Shown here: piece by piece, positions 18,487 to 27,881 of the stretch
How the letters are laid out: each line of letters opens with the position of its first letter
Numbering within the stretch: position 1 is the first letter of the stretch
Source of the DNA: an uncultured Eggerthella sp.
GTDB taxonomy: Bacteria > Actinomycetota > Coriobacteriia > Coriobacteriales > Eggerthellaceae
Direction of reading: 5' to 3'
NCBI GenBank assembly: GCA_902464295.1
Contig: CABQIW010000002.1
Coordinates: 17,237-81,236, forward strand
DNA length: 64,000 nucleotides
Made by a program: the position numbers and the translations under genes
The notes under the pieces: generated by a model
Told to the model about the DNA's origin: nothing
The model's input: only the letters and a program-made list of their open reading frames with translations
Databases searched by the model: none

Positions 18487-20451
18487 ATGATCGATCAGAT
18501 GCCTGACGATTTCGAGATATTGCAAGGCAAAGGACTCGTTATGCTCTCTGCGCCCCATGGCGTTGAGCATACGCGTGCGGGTAGGGTCAAACCTGCCGAA
18601 GTGCAGACGAGCGATCTTGCACGCGATCTTCATCGTTCGCTGCATTGTCCCGTCATCATCAAGACGAAGAGCAACGATGATGATCCGAACTACGACGAGC
18701 ATTCTCCCTATCGTGACGCTCTGGTTGACTACGTGAAGGAAAACGATGCAAGAGTGGTGTTCGACTTGCATCAGCTCTCTTCCGAGCGCGAGGCTGCTTT
18801 TATCCTCGGTACGGCGGATGGCAAGAATCTGCGCGACGATATCACGTTGTCGACGCTTTGCCGTTGCCTGGAGAACCTGGGAATAGGAGTGGTGCTTGTA
18901 GATGAAGTGTTCAAGGCGAGCGGCCCAAATACGGTCGCGGCTTCAACAGCAAAGAGAGCTGACGTTTCGTGTATCCAGATCGAGATAAATTCGAAATATC
19001 TCTGTAAGGATTTTCCTGAATACGCCTATGATCGGATCCAGGATGCGCTTGAAGAATGCATCACATCTCTGAACAGCAATTTTGCCGATCATGTTTACGA
19101 TAGTGGCTCAACGTTGGTGAGGATCGTTGATGAGACGCTGCCCGTTCAAGATGGTTGTCTCTATAGTGTTGGTGTTCCTTCTGTATTCTATAAAGAAAAT
19201 TATGTGACTCCGTTTCAGCTGGAATGTCCTAAACAGGGTACTTTGATGGATATCAGTATCGTTCCACAAGATTCGCTTGGTGTTGGTCAGATCGCTATAA
19301 CGAAGCATGTGCAGCGAACCTTGAAGATAGCGGATCATGCTGATTACGAGGTTTTCATTCGGAAAGCGCCCTATGCGCGTTTCGACAAGATTCGTGTGCA
19401 GTCGATCGATAAGGTCAGCTCGGAAGATGTGGTCATCTCCACGAAGATGATCGAGGGAGGAGCAGTTCAAGAACTGCTTGAAGGCGCGGATCTCTTCGGA
19501 ATAAAAGACGTGGTCACGAACCAGAGCTTTATCGTAAAAGCCAACCACCTTGTTTTTGATGATTCGCTGGATGCGGGGGTTATCAAGCTAAACCGCAGGC
19601 AGCGTATACTGCTAGGCGAGCGCTTGCCCTGTCGACTTGAAGACGAGCTGCGCCAGCAAGTGGTTGCGTATATCAAAGCCGAAGAACAGGTTGCTGGAAC
19701 GAGTGAAGAGCAACCTGCGTGTGAAAATACGATGCAAGCCGCTGATCAGGAGAAACCGCGATCGCTTGATGGACTGGCGATACTCGAAAAGACCTATCCT
19801 GCTCATGAGCCCATTCGCCAAGAGGGCCTCTCACATCCTGAAGAGGCGTACTTACGCAAAGTTTTCGAGCGCTGCTTCCCGCCCAGTATTGTCATCAAGC
19901 CGATTGTGCTCAGGAAGAAGAGACGCAATATCTTCAAGCGTATTGGCCGATGGATCGCGAATCTGTATGTGGGCAAGAGTACGCTCTCGCTCATGTGTCG
20001 GCGCCCTTATGCCAATGATGAGAACGATCGTGCGGTTCGCATGACGAAGGACAATATGGCGCATTTGGGCATTGATGAAATGGACAATGTCATCATCTCT
20101 TACAAGGATAAAGAGTGCATCTGCCAGGTCTTTCCCATTGAAGATGAGAGCAAACTGCAGGCGAACAATCTCTATACTCCCATCGATATGACGATCGGGA
20201 TCCCGTTGCCGATCCGCACTGAACTTGGCATAACCGATCTGGATTCGACGGTGAAGGTGGATCGCGACACCGCGTTCATCATGAAGAAATGCGCCAACGA
20301 ACAGGTTATCCCCGTTCTACTGGCGCTATTTTCCATGAATTTCTTGCAAGATTGTCCGTTCTATGTGCCCATCATCATCTTCTTGGTTATCGCGCCGATC
20401 ATCATCTACGTGAACCTCTCCTCAAAGCGCAATTCACGTGGGAAGTACTAG
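18487..20451 (+). CDS. Multidomain protein: N-formylglutamate amidohydrolase-like Zn-hydrolase, double-psi beta-barrel-like repeats, two C-terminal TM helices
   Basis: 654-aa ORF; SAPHG, DDDPNY, VFDLH, LGT, IQIEIN in the N-terminal ~195 aa; CDC48-N-like pattern near aa 498-595; hydrophobic hairpin IPVLLALFSMNF..YVPIIIFLVIAPIIIYV. Confidence 0.75.
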   Translation: MIDQMPDDFEILQGKGLVMLSAPHGVEHTRAGRVKPAEVQTSDLARDLHRSLHCPVIIKTKSNDDDPNYDEHSPYRDALVDYVKENDARVVFDLHQLSSEREAAFILGTADGKNLRDDITLSTLCRCLENLGIGVVLVDEVFKASGPNTVAASTAKRADVSCIQIEINSKYLCKDFPEYAYDRIQDALEECITSLNSNFADHVYDSGSTLVRIVDETLPVQDGCLYSVGVPSVFYKENYVTPFQLECPKQGTLMDISIVPQDSLGVGQIAITKHVQRTLKIADHADYEVFIRKAPYARFDKIRVQSIDKVSSEDVVISTKMIEGGAVQELLEGADLFGIKDVVTNQSFIVKANHLVFDDSLDAGVIKLNRRQRILLGERLPCRLEDELRQQVVAYIKAEEQVAGTSEEQPACENTMQAADQEKPRSLDGLAILEKTYPAHEPIRQEGLSHPEEAYLRKVFERCFPPSIVIKPIVLRKKRRNIFKRIGRWIANLYVGKSTLSLMCRRPYANDENDRAVRMTKDNMAHLGIDEMDNVIISYKDKECICQVFPIEDESKLQANNLYTPIDMTIGIPLPIRTELGITDLDSTVKVDRDTAFIMKKCANEQVIPVLLALFSMNFLQDCPFYVPIIIFLVIAPIIIYVNLSSKRNSRGKY

Positions 20452-20491
20452 AAATGGTGAAGACCAATACCGTTAGATAGGAGACAGCATC

Positions 20492-20845
20492 ATGCTCATG
20501 AAAGAAATATCTCAATCGATCGCTGCGTTCGCATCGGACGCGCCGACTATGGACCAGTTGATGTCTGCTCTTCGATTTGAAGGGATGCATCATTCTGAAG
20601 ATCAAAGATGGGTTGCATTGGAGTTCGTTGCTGGTTTGGTTTCAGAGAATGCTACCCGCGCATTTTTCCCCGATGATTTACCGATCGTTACGTTCGATCC
20701 TGAGGAAAACCTCGTTGATGTTTTGCAGCGATGCGTAGAACTTGCTGATCCGGCGCAGTTCGACGACCTATCAGCAAAGCATGAAGCCAGTATGACCTGC
20801 CAAGGACTTGAAGAAATGATCGGGGCGGCAAAGGAGCTGGACTAA
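20492..20845 (+). CDS. Hypothetical acidic protein (117 aa)
   Basis: AGGAGA RBS; co-oriented 40 nt after the previous gene; no family recognised. Confidence 0.65.
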   Translation: MLMKEISQSIAAFASDAPTMDQLMSALRFEGMHHSEDQRWVALEFVAGLVSENATRAFFPDDLPIVTFDPEENLVDVLQRCVELADPAQFDDLSAKHEASMTCQGLEEMIGAAKELD

Positions 20846-20986
20846 CGAGTGACAAAATGCTTCTATGCTTGAATCGTGAGTGGGCCGAAGACTAGTTATA
20901 TATCCATTGAAGAGCAGATTCGCACGCAGCCAGATCGACCGCATCGATAGCGAACACGCCTTCGTTGGGATTATTCAAGCATTGCT

Positions 20987-22579
20987 TTATTGACGCGCAG
21001 CGTTCACGAACCCTACGAAGAGCGGATGAGGTTTGGTGGGACGGCTCTTGAATTCGGGATGACCTTGACTTGCCACGAACCACGGGTGATCGGGGATCTC
21101 GATCATCTCGACCAAGCGCTCGTCTGGCGAGACGCCCGATATCGTAAGCCCTGCTTTCGTGAGCGTGTCGCGATAAGCGTTGTTCACTTCGTAGCGGTGG
21201 CGGTGACGCTCATAGATGAGCTCTTCACCATATGCTTCATGTGCGCGTGAGCCCTGCAAGACCTTGCAAGGATAAGCCCCGAGGCGCATGGTGCCACCTT
21301 TGTCTTCGATGTCCTCTTGCTCGGGCATGAGGTCGATCACGCGATAGGGGGCCTCATCGTCGAACTCAGCAGACGTTGCCCCTTCTAGGCCAGCCACATT
21401 ACGAGCGAATTCGCAGACAGCTGCTTGTAGGCCAAGGCAGATTCCGAGGAACGGAATGCCGTGTTCGCGTGCATAGCGCGCTGCTTCGATCTTGCCTTCG
21501 AAAGCACGTTGCCCAAAACCGCCAGGTACCAAGATGCCCTGCATTTCACCGAGCAGCTTGTCGGCATTTTCAGGGGTGAGCTCTTCGCCATCGATCAGGT
21601 GCACTTCCACATCGGTGCCTTGTGCGATGCCTGCATGATGAAGTGCTTCGATGATCGAAAGGTAGGCATCAGGTAGACTCACGTATTTGCCTACGACCGC
21701 GATATCCGTCTTGCCTTCGCAGGCGGCGCGCGCGTCGAGGAACGTTTGGAGAGGCGAGAGGTCGATCGGGGTAACGGGTAGGTCGAGCTTCTCAAGCACC
21801 TGCACGTCGAAGTCTTGCGCGGCGAGCATGATAGGCACCTCATAGATTGAAGGCGCGTCGGTGCAGGAAAGCACTTCGCGCGGTGCCACATCGCAGAAGA
21901 GCGCGATCTTCTCACGTACGCCGCACGAGATCTCGTGATCGGAGCGGCAGACGATGAAATCGGGCTGAACACCTAGCGAGCGCAGTTCCTTCACGCTGTG
22001 CTGGGTAGGCTTGGTCTTCACCTCGTGAGCTGCAGCGATATAGGGTACGAGTGTCACGTGTACGAAACAGACATCGTCGGCAGGTCGTTCGCGCATGAAT
22101 TGGCGCGCCGCTTCGATGAAGGGGAGCGATTCGATGTCGCCGATCGTACCGCCGATCTCTGAGATGACGATATCGGCATTCGTCTGATCGGCAATGCGGT
22201 AGAGCCGTTCCTTGATCGCTTCGGTCACGTGTGGAATGACCTGCACGGTACCACCGAGAAAATCGCCACGACGCTCCCGTGCGATGAGCGTTTGATAGAT
22301 CGATCCTTGAGTGAAGTTGGATTCCTTGGTGAGGCTTTCGTCGATGAAGCGTTCATAATGTCCCAGATCGAGGTCGGCTTCTTGACCGTCGTCGGTAACG
22401 AAGACTTCGCCGTGCTGGAAAGGAGACATGGTGCCAGGATCGACGTTTAGGTACGGATCCATCTTTTGCATGGTCACTTTGTAGCCGCGTGCTTTGAGCA
22501 GATGCCCGAGCGATGCTGCGGTAATGCCCTTGCCGAGCGATGAAACTACGCCGCCCGTAACGAAAATGTGCTTAGCCAT
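20987..22579 (-). CDS. pyrG: CTP synthase
   Basis: [68 protein letters not shown]. Confidence 0.98.
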   Translation of the reverse strand: MAKHIFVTGGVVSSLGKGITAASLGHLLKARGYKVTMQKMDPYLNVDPGTMSPFQHGEVFVTDDGQEADLDLGHYERFIDESLTKESNFTQGSIYQTLIARERRGDFLGGTVQVIPHVTEAIKERLYRIADQTNADIVISEIGGTIGDIESLPFIEAARQFMRERPADDVCFVHVTLVPYIAAAHEVKTKPTQHSVKELRSLGVQPDFIVCRSDHEISCGVREKIALFCDVAPREVLSCTDAPSIYEVPIMLAAQDFDVQVLEKLDLPVTPIDLSPLQTFLDARAACEGKTDIAVVGKYVSLPDAYLSIIEALHHAGIAQGTDVEVHLIDGEELTPENADKLLGEMQGILVPGGFGQRAFEGKIEAARYAREHGIPFLGICLGLQAAVCEFARNVAGLEGATSAEFDDEAPYRVIDLMPEQEDIEDKGGTMRLGAYPCKVLQGSRAHEAYGEELIYERHRHRYEVNNAYRDTLTKAGLTISGVSPDERLVEMIEIPDHPWFVASQGHPEFKSRPTKPHPLFVGFVNAARQ

Positions 22580-22587
22580 GATACTCC

Positions 22588-22652
22588 TAACGGTGAACAC
22601 CCTACGTGGAAGACGTTCGAGCTTCCACGGGCCGACCTCTGTCCAACCGTTA
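22588..22652 (-). promoter_or_regulatory. Structured 5' leader of pyrG abutting the Shine-Dalgarno
   Basis: Minus strand TAACGGT..CGTGGAAG-ctcgaacgt-CTTCCACG..ACCGTTA immediately followed by GGAG. Confidence 0.5.
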
Positions 22653-22804
22653 TTCAATTTTAAGGAGAAAATGCGCGCAGGACGAAAAACGAAACGTGCG
22701 TTCACATGCTTGTAATCAAATTGAAATAGAAGCGCGTAGATGATCGAGCTATTCGCGCGCTTCGCAAATCGGCCCGCGTTCGCTGATTGAGGCAGGCTTG
22801 TCCC

Positions 22805-23842
22805 TTATTGCTTGAAGAAGGTTTCGGCGGCGTAATCGTAGAAGGATTTTGCCTGATAGCGCAAGAGGAGCGTGGGCTCTTCGCCAGTTGCCACGACGAT
22901 TTTGCGGATAGGGGAGTCGAACGTGATGCGCTCGCCATCGATGAACAGCGTAGCGGCACGGCTTGCTGGCGAGCTATCCAGGTCGATCTCGACCACGTCG
23001 GACGAGCCAGTGAGCAGCGCGCGCGATTGAAGCGTGTGCGGTGCGATAGGTGCAACGATAAGCCCTTGATAGCTTGGATCAACGAGCGGTCCGCCCACAG
23101 AGAGCGCATAGCCGGTAGAGCCTGTGGCAGAAGCGACGATAAGCCCATCGCTACGCATATTGGCGATGAGTGAATCGGAAACGCTGTAGCTGAACCCGAT
23201 CATGCGGCCTTGATCGCCTCGTGCGATGACCATCTCGTTAAGGGCGAAGAAGCGCTGCGGTTCGCCTTCGCCTTTGAGGATCGGGTCTGCGGTATGGCGG
23301 TCGCAGGAGCCTTCGCTTTTGGTGGATTCGTCAACAAAGACTGAATGCGCTGATGGATCGGTGCTTTCAGCCGAGGGAGCCTTCGACTTCTCATGGATGA
23401 GCGGATAGACCTCGAAATCATCTTGCTTTGTTGCGGCAGCATCGAGGTCGTTTTCGCAATAGACCTCCACTTGCAGGTTGGTGCGTGCTTCATAGGATAC
23501 TTCGCCAGCGAGCGCCTCGCTTACGATCTGGATGATGCCCTCATCGTTGGGGTTGGCCATGAAGCCGAGGTGCCCGAAATTCACGCCGAGGATGGGGATA
23601 CGGCGCGTGCCGATCTGGTTGGCGGTGCACAGGATCGTGCCATCGCCCCCTAAAACAACCGCTAGATTGAAAGCTGGTTCTTCACTTGTGGGGAATTGGT
23701 CGATAATAGAACAGTTCGACCGAAGGTCGTCACGATCGAAAGTCTGATAGTCGATGTGCTGCTTATCAAAGAACGCTTCGAGCAAAAGGGATGCTTCGAG
23801 CGCTTTTGGATTGTAGTTATTGCGAACGATCAGAACACGCAT
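22805..23842 (-). CDS. nadK: NAD(+) kinase
   Basis: VLGGDGT, GVNFGHLGF, ALNE, DGLIVASATGSTGYALSVGGP, PIAPHTL. Confidence 0.93.
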   Translation of the reverse strand: MRVLIVRNNYNPKALEASLLLEAFFDKQHIDYQTFDRDDLRSNCSIIDQFPTSEEPAFNLAVVLGGDGTILCTANQIGTRRIPILGVNFGHLGFMANPNDEGIIQIVSEALAGEVSYEARTNLQVEVYCENDLDAAATKQDDFEVYPLIHEKSKAPSAESTDPSAHSVFVDESTKSEGSCDRHTADPILKGEGEPQRFFALNEMVIARGDQGRMIGFSYSVSDSLIANMRSDGLIVASATGSTGYALSVGGPLVDPSYQGLIVAPIAPHTLQSRALLTGSSDVVEIDLDSSPASRAATLFIDGERITFDSPIRKIVVATGEEPTLLLRYQAKSFYDYAAETFFKQ

Positions 23843-23912
23843 GTGACTTCCCTTAGGCTTCCCTTACTATGGTTGATTGAGTCTACTCATTATAGTCGCA
23901 CAAAGAGGACCT

Positions 23913-25517
23913 GTGGCAAACGATTCAAGCTCGAATATCATCAAGAACACCAGCCTGATCACGCTGGCAACGCTCACTTCGCGCGTAACCGGATTGGTGC
24001 GCACATGGGCGATGGCATTCGCGCTGGGCAATACGGTTTTGGCCTCGGCGTATAACATTGCCTACAACATGCCGGCCATGATCTACGAACTTGCCGCAAC
24101 CGGCATCTTGGCCACGGCATTCCTGCCGCTTTATCTACTGCAGAAGGAAAAGAACGGCGATAGCGGGGCGCAGACGTTCGCCTCCAACATCCTTACGCTC
24201 ACTACGATCGTGCTCGGGCTTCTGGCGCTTGCCTGCTCGATCTTCTCTGCGCAAGTCATCGAGACACAAACGTTCGCCGGGGGAGACCCAGCAGCGAAGG
24301 AGATGGCCATCTTCTTCTTCCGCGTGTTCGCCGTGCAGATCTTGCTTTACGGATTGGGTGCGGTGATCACCGGCATCCTGAATGCGGAGCGTTCGTATTT
24401 GGCACCTTCGCTCGCGCCCGTGCTCAACAACCTGGTGGTCATCGTGACCATGTTCGGTTTCGTGCCGCTCTCTTCGTGGAATCCCACCTTCGCCATGTGG
24501 TGGTTGGCGGTGGGAACATCGCTCGGTGTGCTCGTGCAGTTCGGCGCTCAGATCCCTGCGCTCATAAAACGCGGTGTGCGCTTGCGCGCGTATGTGAATC
24601 TGCGCGACCCCATGCTGGTCGAAGCGCTGAAAGTGGCTGCGCCGATGTTCCTCTATGTTGCTGGTACGATGATCACGTTCTCCTGCAAGAACGCTTTCGC
24701 GCTCCAGGCCACGCCGAACGGCCCTTCTACGTTGAACTACGCTTGGATGTGGTATCAGTTGCCCTATGGTGTTATCGCGGTATCGCTTGGCACCACGCTC
24801 TTGACCGAGCTTTCGGATTGCGCCGCGCGTGACGATTGGCCGGGTTTCCGTCGCTTTGTTTCGAGTGGCTTGCGCAATACGTTCTTCCTCATGATTCCGC
24901 TCGCTGCCATGGTGTGTTCGCTGGCTTTCCCGCTCATGCAGATGTTCCAGGCAGGTGCGTTCTCCGCTGAAGATACGCAGAGCGTCGGCATCATCCTTAT
25001 GTTCTGGACGCTCAGCTTACCCTTCTATGCAGGCTACATGTATATGTATCGCGTGTTTGCCGCCATGCGCAAGTTCGTCCAGTTTGCGCTCGTGGATTTT
25101 GCGCTGCGCTTCGTGCAGGTCTTCTTCTACTGGTATCTCTGTTCTGGACCAGTGGGGTTGGTGGGTATCCCGGTAACGGACTTCTTCTTCTACGGCATCA
25201 TGTTCGTGGTGTGCTCACTGATCGTGCGCAGCAAGGTCGGCTCGTATGGCAACAAGCGTATCGCGAGCATTTTCGTAAAGACGCTCGTTGCGAGCATCAT
25301 CGCTGGTGTGGTGGTGTTCTTCGTGTCGCAAGGCGTGCTTGCCGCATTCCCGCTTGGAGGAGCAGCAGCTATTTTCGAAGCGGTCGCGATCGTGTGCGTT
25401 TGCGGTATCTTAGGGCTGGTCGTCGCGTTCGGGCTTTGTAGGGTGTTGCGCGTTCCCGAGTACCAGCTGCTCGGCTCGATCTTAGGTAAGCTCAAGAGCA
25501 AACTTCTCCGCCGCTAA
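23913..25517 (+). CDS. murJ: Lipid II flippase MurJ (MviN)
   Basis: TLTSRVTGLVR, AYNIAYNMP..IYEL...G.L..AFLP, YQLPYGVIAVS; ~14 TM; GTG start after AGAGGA. Confidence 0.92.
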   Translation: MANDSSSNIIKNTSLITLATLTSRVTGLVRTWAMAFALGNTVLASAYNIAYNMPAMIYELAATGILATAFLPLYLLQKEKNGDSGAQTFASNILTLTTIVLGLLALACSIFSAQVIETQTFAGGDPAAKEMAIFFFRVFAVQILLYGLGAVITGILNAERSYLAPSLAPVLNNLVVIVTMFGFVPLSSWNPTFAMWWLAVGTSLGVLVQFGAQIPALIKRGVRLRAYVNLRDPMLVEALKVAAPMFLYVAGTMITFSCKNAFALQATPNGPSTLNYAWMWYQLPYGVIAVSLGTTLLTELSDCAARDDWPGFRRFVSSGLRNTFFLMIPLAAMVCSLAFPLMQMFQAGAFSAEDTQSVGIILMFWTLSLPFYAGYMYMYRVFAAMRKFVQFALVDFALRFVQVFFYWYLCSGPVGLVGIPVTDFFFYGIMFVVCSLIVRSKVGSYGNKRIASIFVKTLVASIIAGVVVFFVSQGVLAAFPLGGAAAIFEAVAIVCVCGILGLVVAFGLCRVLRVPEYQLLGSILGKLKSKLLRR

Positions 25518-25601
25518 GCGCTCTCTTTTGTTCGCACGGATGCTTTCGGCAGCAGCTAAACAACGCTTCTCCTAGGGCCTTCGCCCGCCTGCTTTTGGAC
25601 G

Positions 25602-25870
25602 TTCCCACTTTGCTCCCACCTTGTTCCCGCTTCGGGCCATTTTCGTCTGAAAACTGAAAAAACAAGCGCAAAAATGGCTTTCAGAACGCCTTGTGTCAGC
25701 AAATCTCCAAAAAACGCTCCACTTTGCTCCACCAACGGCATAACAAAATCTAGCTAAAAATGAAATAACAGACCACAACATATAGTGCCAAGTTCAATAC
25801 TTGTACCAAAAGTGGTGGTAAAAGTGGGAACAAAGTGGGGCAAAAATGCATTTTGTGTTGCAATGTGGGG
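25602..25870. promoter_or_regulatory. MraZ operator arrays (GTGGG-like repeats with 10-12 bp spacing) upstream of the dcw cluster
   Basis: Plus strand GTGG(T/G) at 25812, 25824, 25835, 25865; minus-strand copies (CCCAC/CCCGC) at 25604, 25615, 25626 and CCAC at 25719, 25729. Confidence 0.75.
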
Positions 25871-25924
25871 CTGATGGACTTAAAATACATTGCAGCGGAG
25901 AGTCTTATTTTGAGAGGAGGAGGA

Positions 25925-26356
25925 GTGAGCGAACTCTTAGGCGAATACCGTCACAAGATGGATGCCAAGGGACGCCTGTCGCTTCCTTCATCTTTCAGGA
26001 AAGTGCTCTCACAGGATCTCAGGATCACTCCTGATCCGGAAAACCAATGTCTGTATGTCTTTGAAGTAGATGACTACTCGAATTGGGTAGAAGGACTCTT
26101 CGAAGGCGAAGGTGGTTTTGACGTTAGCAGCAAACGTAAGTCTGCTCTACGTAAGGTACTCAATTCTCGCGTGAGGAACTGCGAGATTGATAACTCGGGC
26201 CGCATCCACCTTACCCCCGCTCAGCGAGAGATCGCCGGGCTGGACAAAGACGTGGTGTTCGTCGGTGATGAAGATCATTTTGAGATCTGGGACGCGAAGC
26301 GTTGGGATGATTTCGTCGGCTCTGTCGATCTGGCATCGCTGATGAGCGAATCCTAG
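25925..26356 (+). CDS. mraZ: Division/cell wall cluster transcriptional repressor MraZ
   Basis: GEYRHKMDAKGRLSLPSSFR, EIDNSGRI, FEIWD; AGGAGG RBS. Confidence 0.95.
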   Translation: MSELLGEYRHKMDAKGRLSLPSSFRKVLSQDLRITPDPENQCLYVFEVDDYSNWVEGLFEGEGGFDVSSKRKSALRKVLNSRVRNCEIDNSGRIHLTPAQREIAGLDKDVVFVGDEDHFEIWDAKRWDDFVGSVDLASLMSES

Positions 26357-26366
26357 AGCTTGCACT

Positions 26367-27338
26367 GTGACAAACGAATATCGGCATATACCTGTTCTGC
26401 TCGATGAATGCCTCTCAGGTTTAGAGCTTTCAGCGGGCAAGACCTTTGTCGATGCGACGCTTGGTGGCGCGGGACATTCGCTCGAAGCAGCCAAGTTGAT
26501 CGGGGCAACCGGTCACCTCATCGGCATCGATCAAGATCAGGTAGCACTCGATGCAGCAACTGCACGGCTTTTTGCCTTGCCAGACGAGATACGCCCAGAA
26601 ATCGATGTCCTCTACGGAAACTTCGGTATGCTCGACGAATTATTGGTCGAAGCGGAAGTTCCACAGATCGATGCGATCCTCTTCGATATCGGCGTTTCCT
26701 CTGTGCAGATCGATACGCCTTCTCGCGGCTTTTCCTTTAAGGAAAATGGCCCACTCGATATGCGGATGAATCCGAGTAAACACACCATAACCGCAGCAGA
26801 GATCATCAACACCAAAAACGCAACAGATCTCGCTCGGATCATCCGGTCATATTCAGACGAGAAATGGGCTAACCGCATCGCGGAATTTATTGTGAAAACC
26901 CGCGAAAAGGCGCCTATCACAGAAAGTCAGCAGCTTGTCGAGATCATCAAGGCTGCGATACCCGCCTCTGCCAGAAGGAGCGGCGGGCATCCAGCCAAAC
27001 GAACGTTTCAAGCGTTGCGCATCGAAGTGAACGGGGAGCTCGACATGCTCCGCAGTGGATTGGAAGCAGCGATCCGTTGGCTTGCTCCAGGGGGACGCAT
27101 CGCGGTCATCAGCTATCACTCGCTCGAAGATCGCATCGTCAAAGATACTTTCAAAGAGTACGCCAAAGGTTGCACCTGTCCACCCGACCTGCCCGTTTGC
27201 GTGTGTGGAAACAAGCCGATACTCGAGATCATCACCCGCAAGCCCATCGTGCCGAACGCTGAAGAGGTTGCCCGCAATCCCCGAAGCAGGAGCGCGAAAT
27301 TGCGCATTGCAAAGCGCCTTGATGAAGTATCCTCATGA
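26367..27338 (+). CDS. rsmH: 16S rRNA m4C1402 methyltransferase
   Basis: HIPVLL, DATLGGAGHS, DIGVSS.Q.D...RGFSF, FQALRIEVN, ISYHSLEDRIVK, NPRSRSAKLR. Confidence 0.97.
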   Translation: MTNEYRHIPVLLDECLSGLELSAGKTFVDATLGGAGHSLEAAKLIGATGHLIGIDQDQVALDAATARLFALPDEIRPEIDVLYGNFGMLDELLVEAEVPQIDAILFDIGVSSVQIDTPSRGFSFKENGPLDMRMNPSKHTITAAEIINTKNATDLARIIRSYSDEKWANRIAEFIVKTREKAPITESQQLVEIIKAAIPASARRSGGHPAKRTFQALRIEVNGELDMLRSGLEAAIRWLAPGGRIAVISYHSLEDRIVKDTFKEYAKGCTCPPDLPVCVCGNKPILEIITRKPIVPNAEEVARNPRSRSAKLRIAKRLDEVSS

Positions 27339-27396
27339 GCACGCAGTCCACTCACATCCTGCGCGTTCGCTCGTATAGAGATATAGTGCCGAAAGG

Positions 27397-27876
27397 TTGG
27401 TGAGAACTGTGGCAGGAGCACCCGCATATCGCTACGATACTGCCGTGCAAAGCCTGGTGCGTGAACACCAGCAGCCTCCCGTTCATGTTGTACCGGGGCG
27501 TAAGCATGAAACCCAACATGGTCTTACCGACTTCCATGTTCTTATCGTTAAAGTCATCGTTGCCGCTTTGGCGGTGGTGCTTTGCATCGGCTTCATCCAA
27601 GTCGGGCTTGCTTCGGCAGCGTATAGTGCAGCATCTGCTTCGAGCGAATTGCGCTCGGAGATCGCAACCATGCGCTCCGATGGTCAATCGCTCGCCGTTC
27701 AGAAGAGCCTTATCGCATCACCGAGCAATCTGCGCACCATCGCTGCAGATCAGCTTAAGATGGCTGCTCCCGCAACTGCTTCAACGATCACGCTTGAGCC
27801 CGATGTGGTGGCCTTCGATGCGAGTGGCAATATCTCTCTTACGGAAAGCATCGCAGCTGTTGCCGCATTGGAGTAG
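27397..27876 (+). CDS. ftsL: FtsL-like cell division protein
   Basis: Single TM followed by a short coiled coil; located between rsmH and ftsI. Confidence 0.65.
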   Translation: MVRTVAGAPAYRYDTAVQSLVREHQQPPVHVVPGRKHETQHGLTDFHVLIVKVIVAALAVVLCIGFIQVGLASAAYSAASASSELRSEIATMRSDGQSLAVQKSLIASPSNLRTIAADQLKMAAPATASTITLEPDVVAFDASGNISLTESIAAVAALE

Positions 27877-27881
27877 GTCCT

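Noticed and set aside
25602..25870. Short repeats as a CRISPR array or iterons
   Set aside because: Units are 10-12 bp without spacers and match MraZ boxes upstream of mraZ
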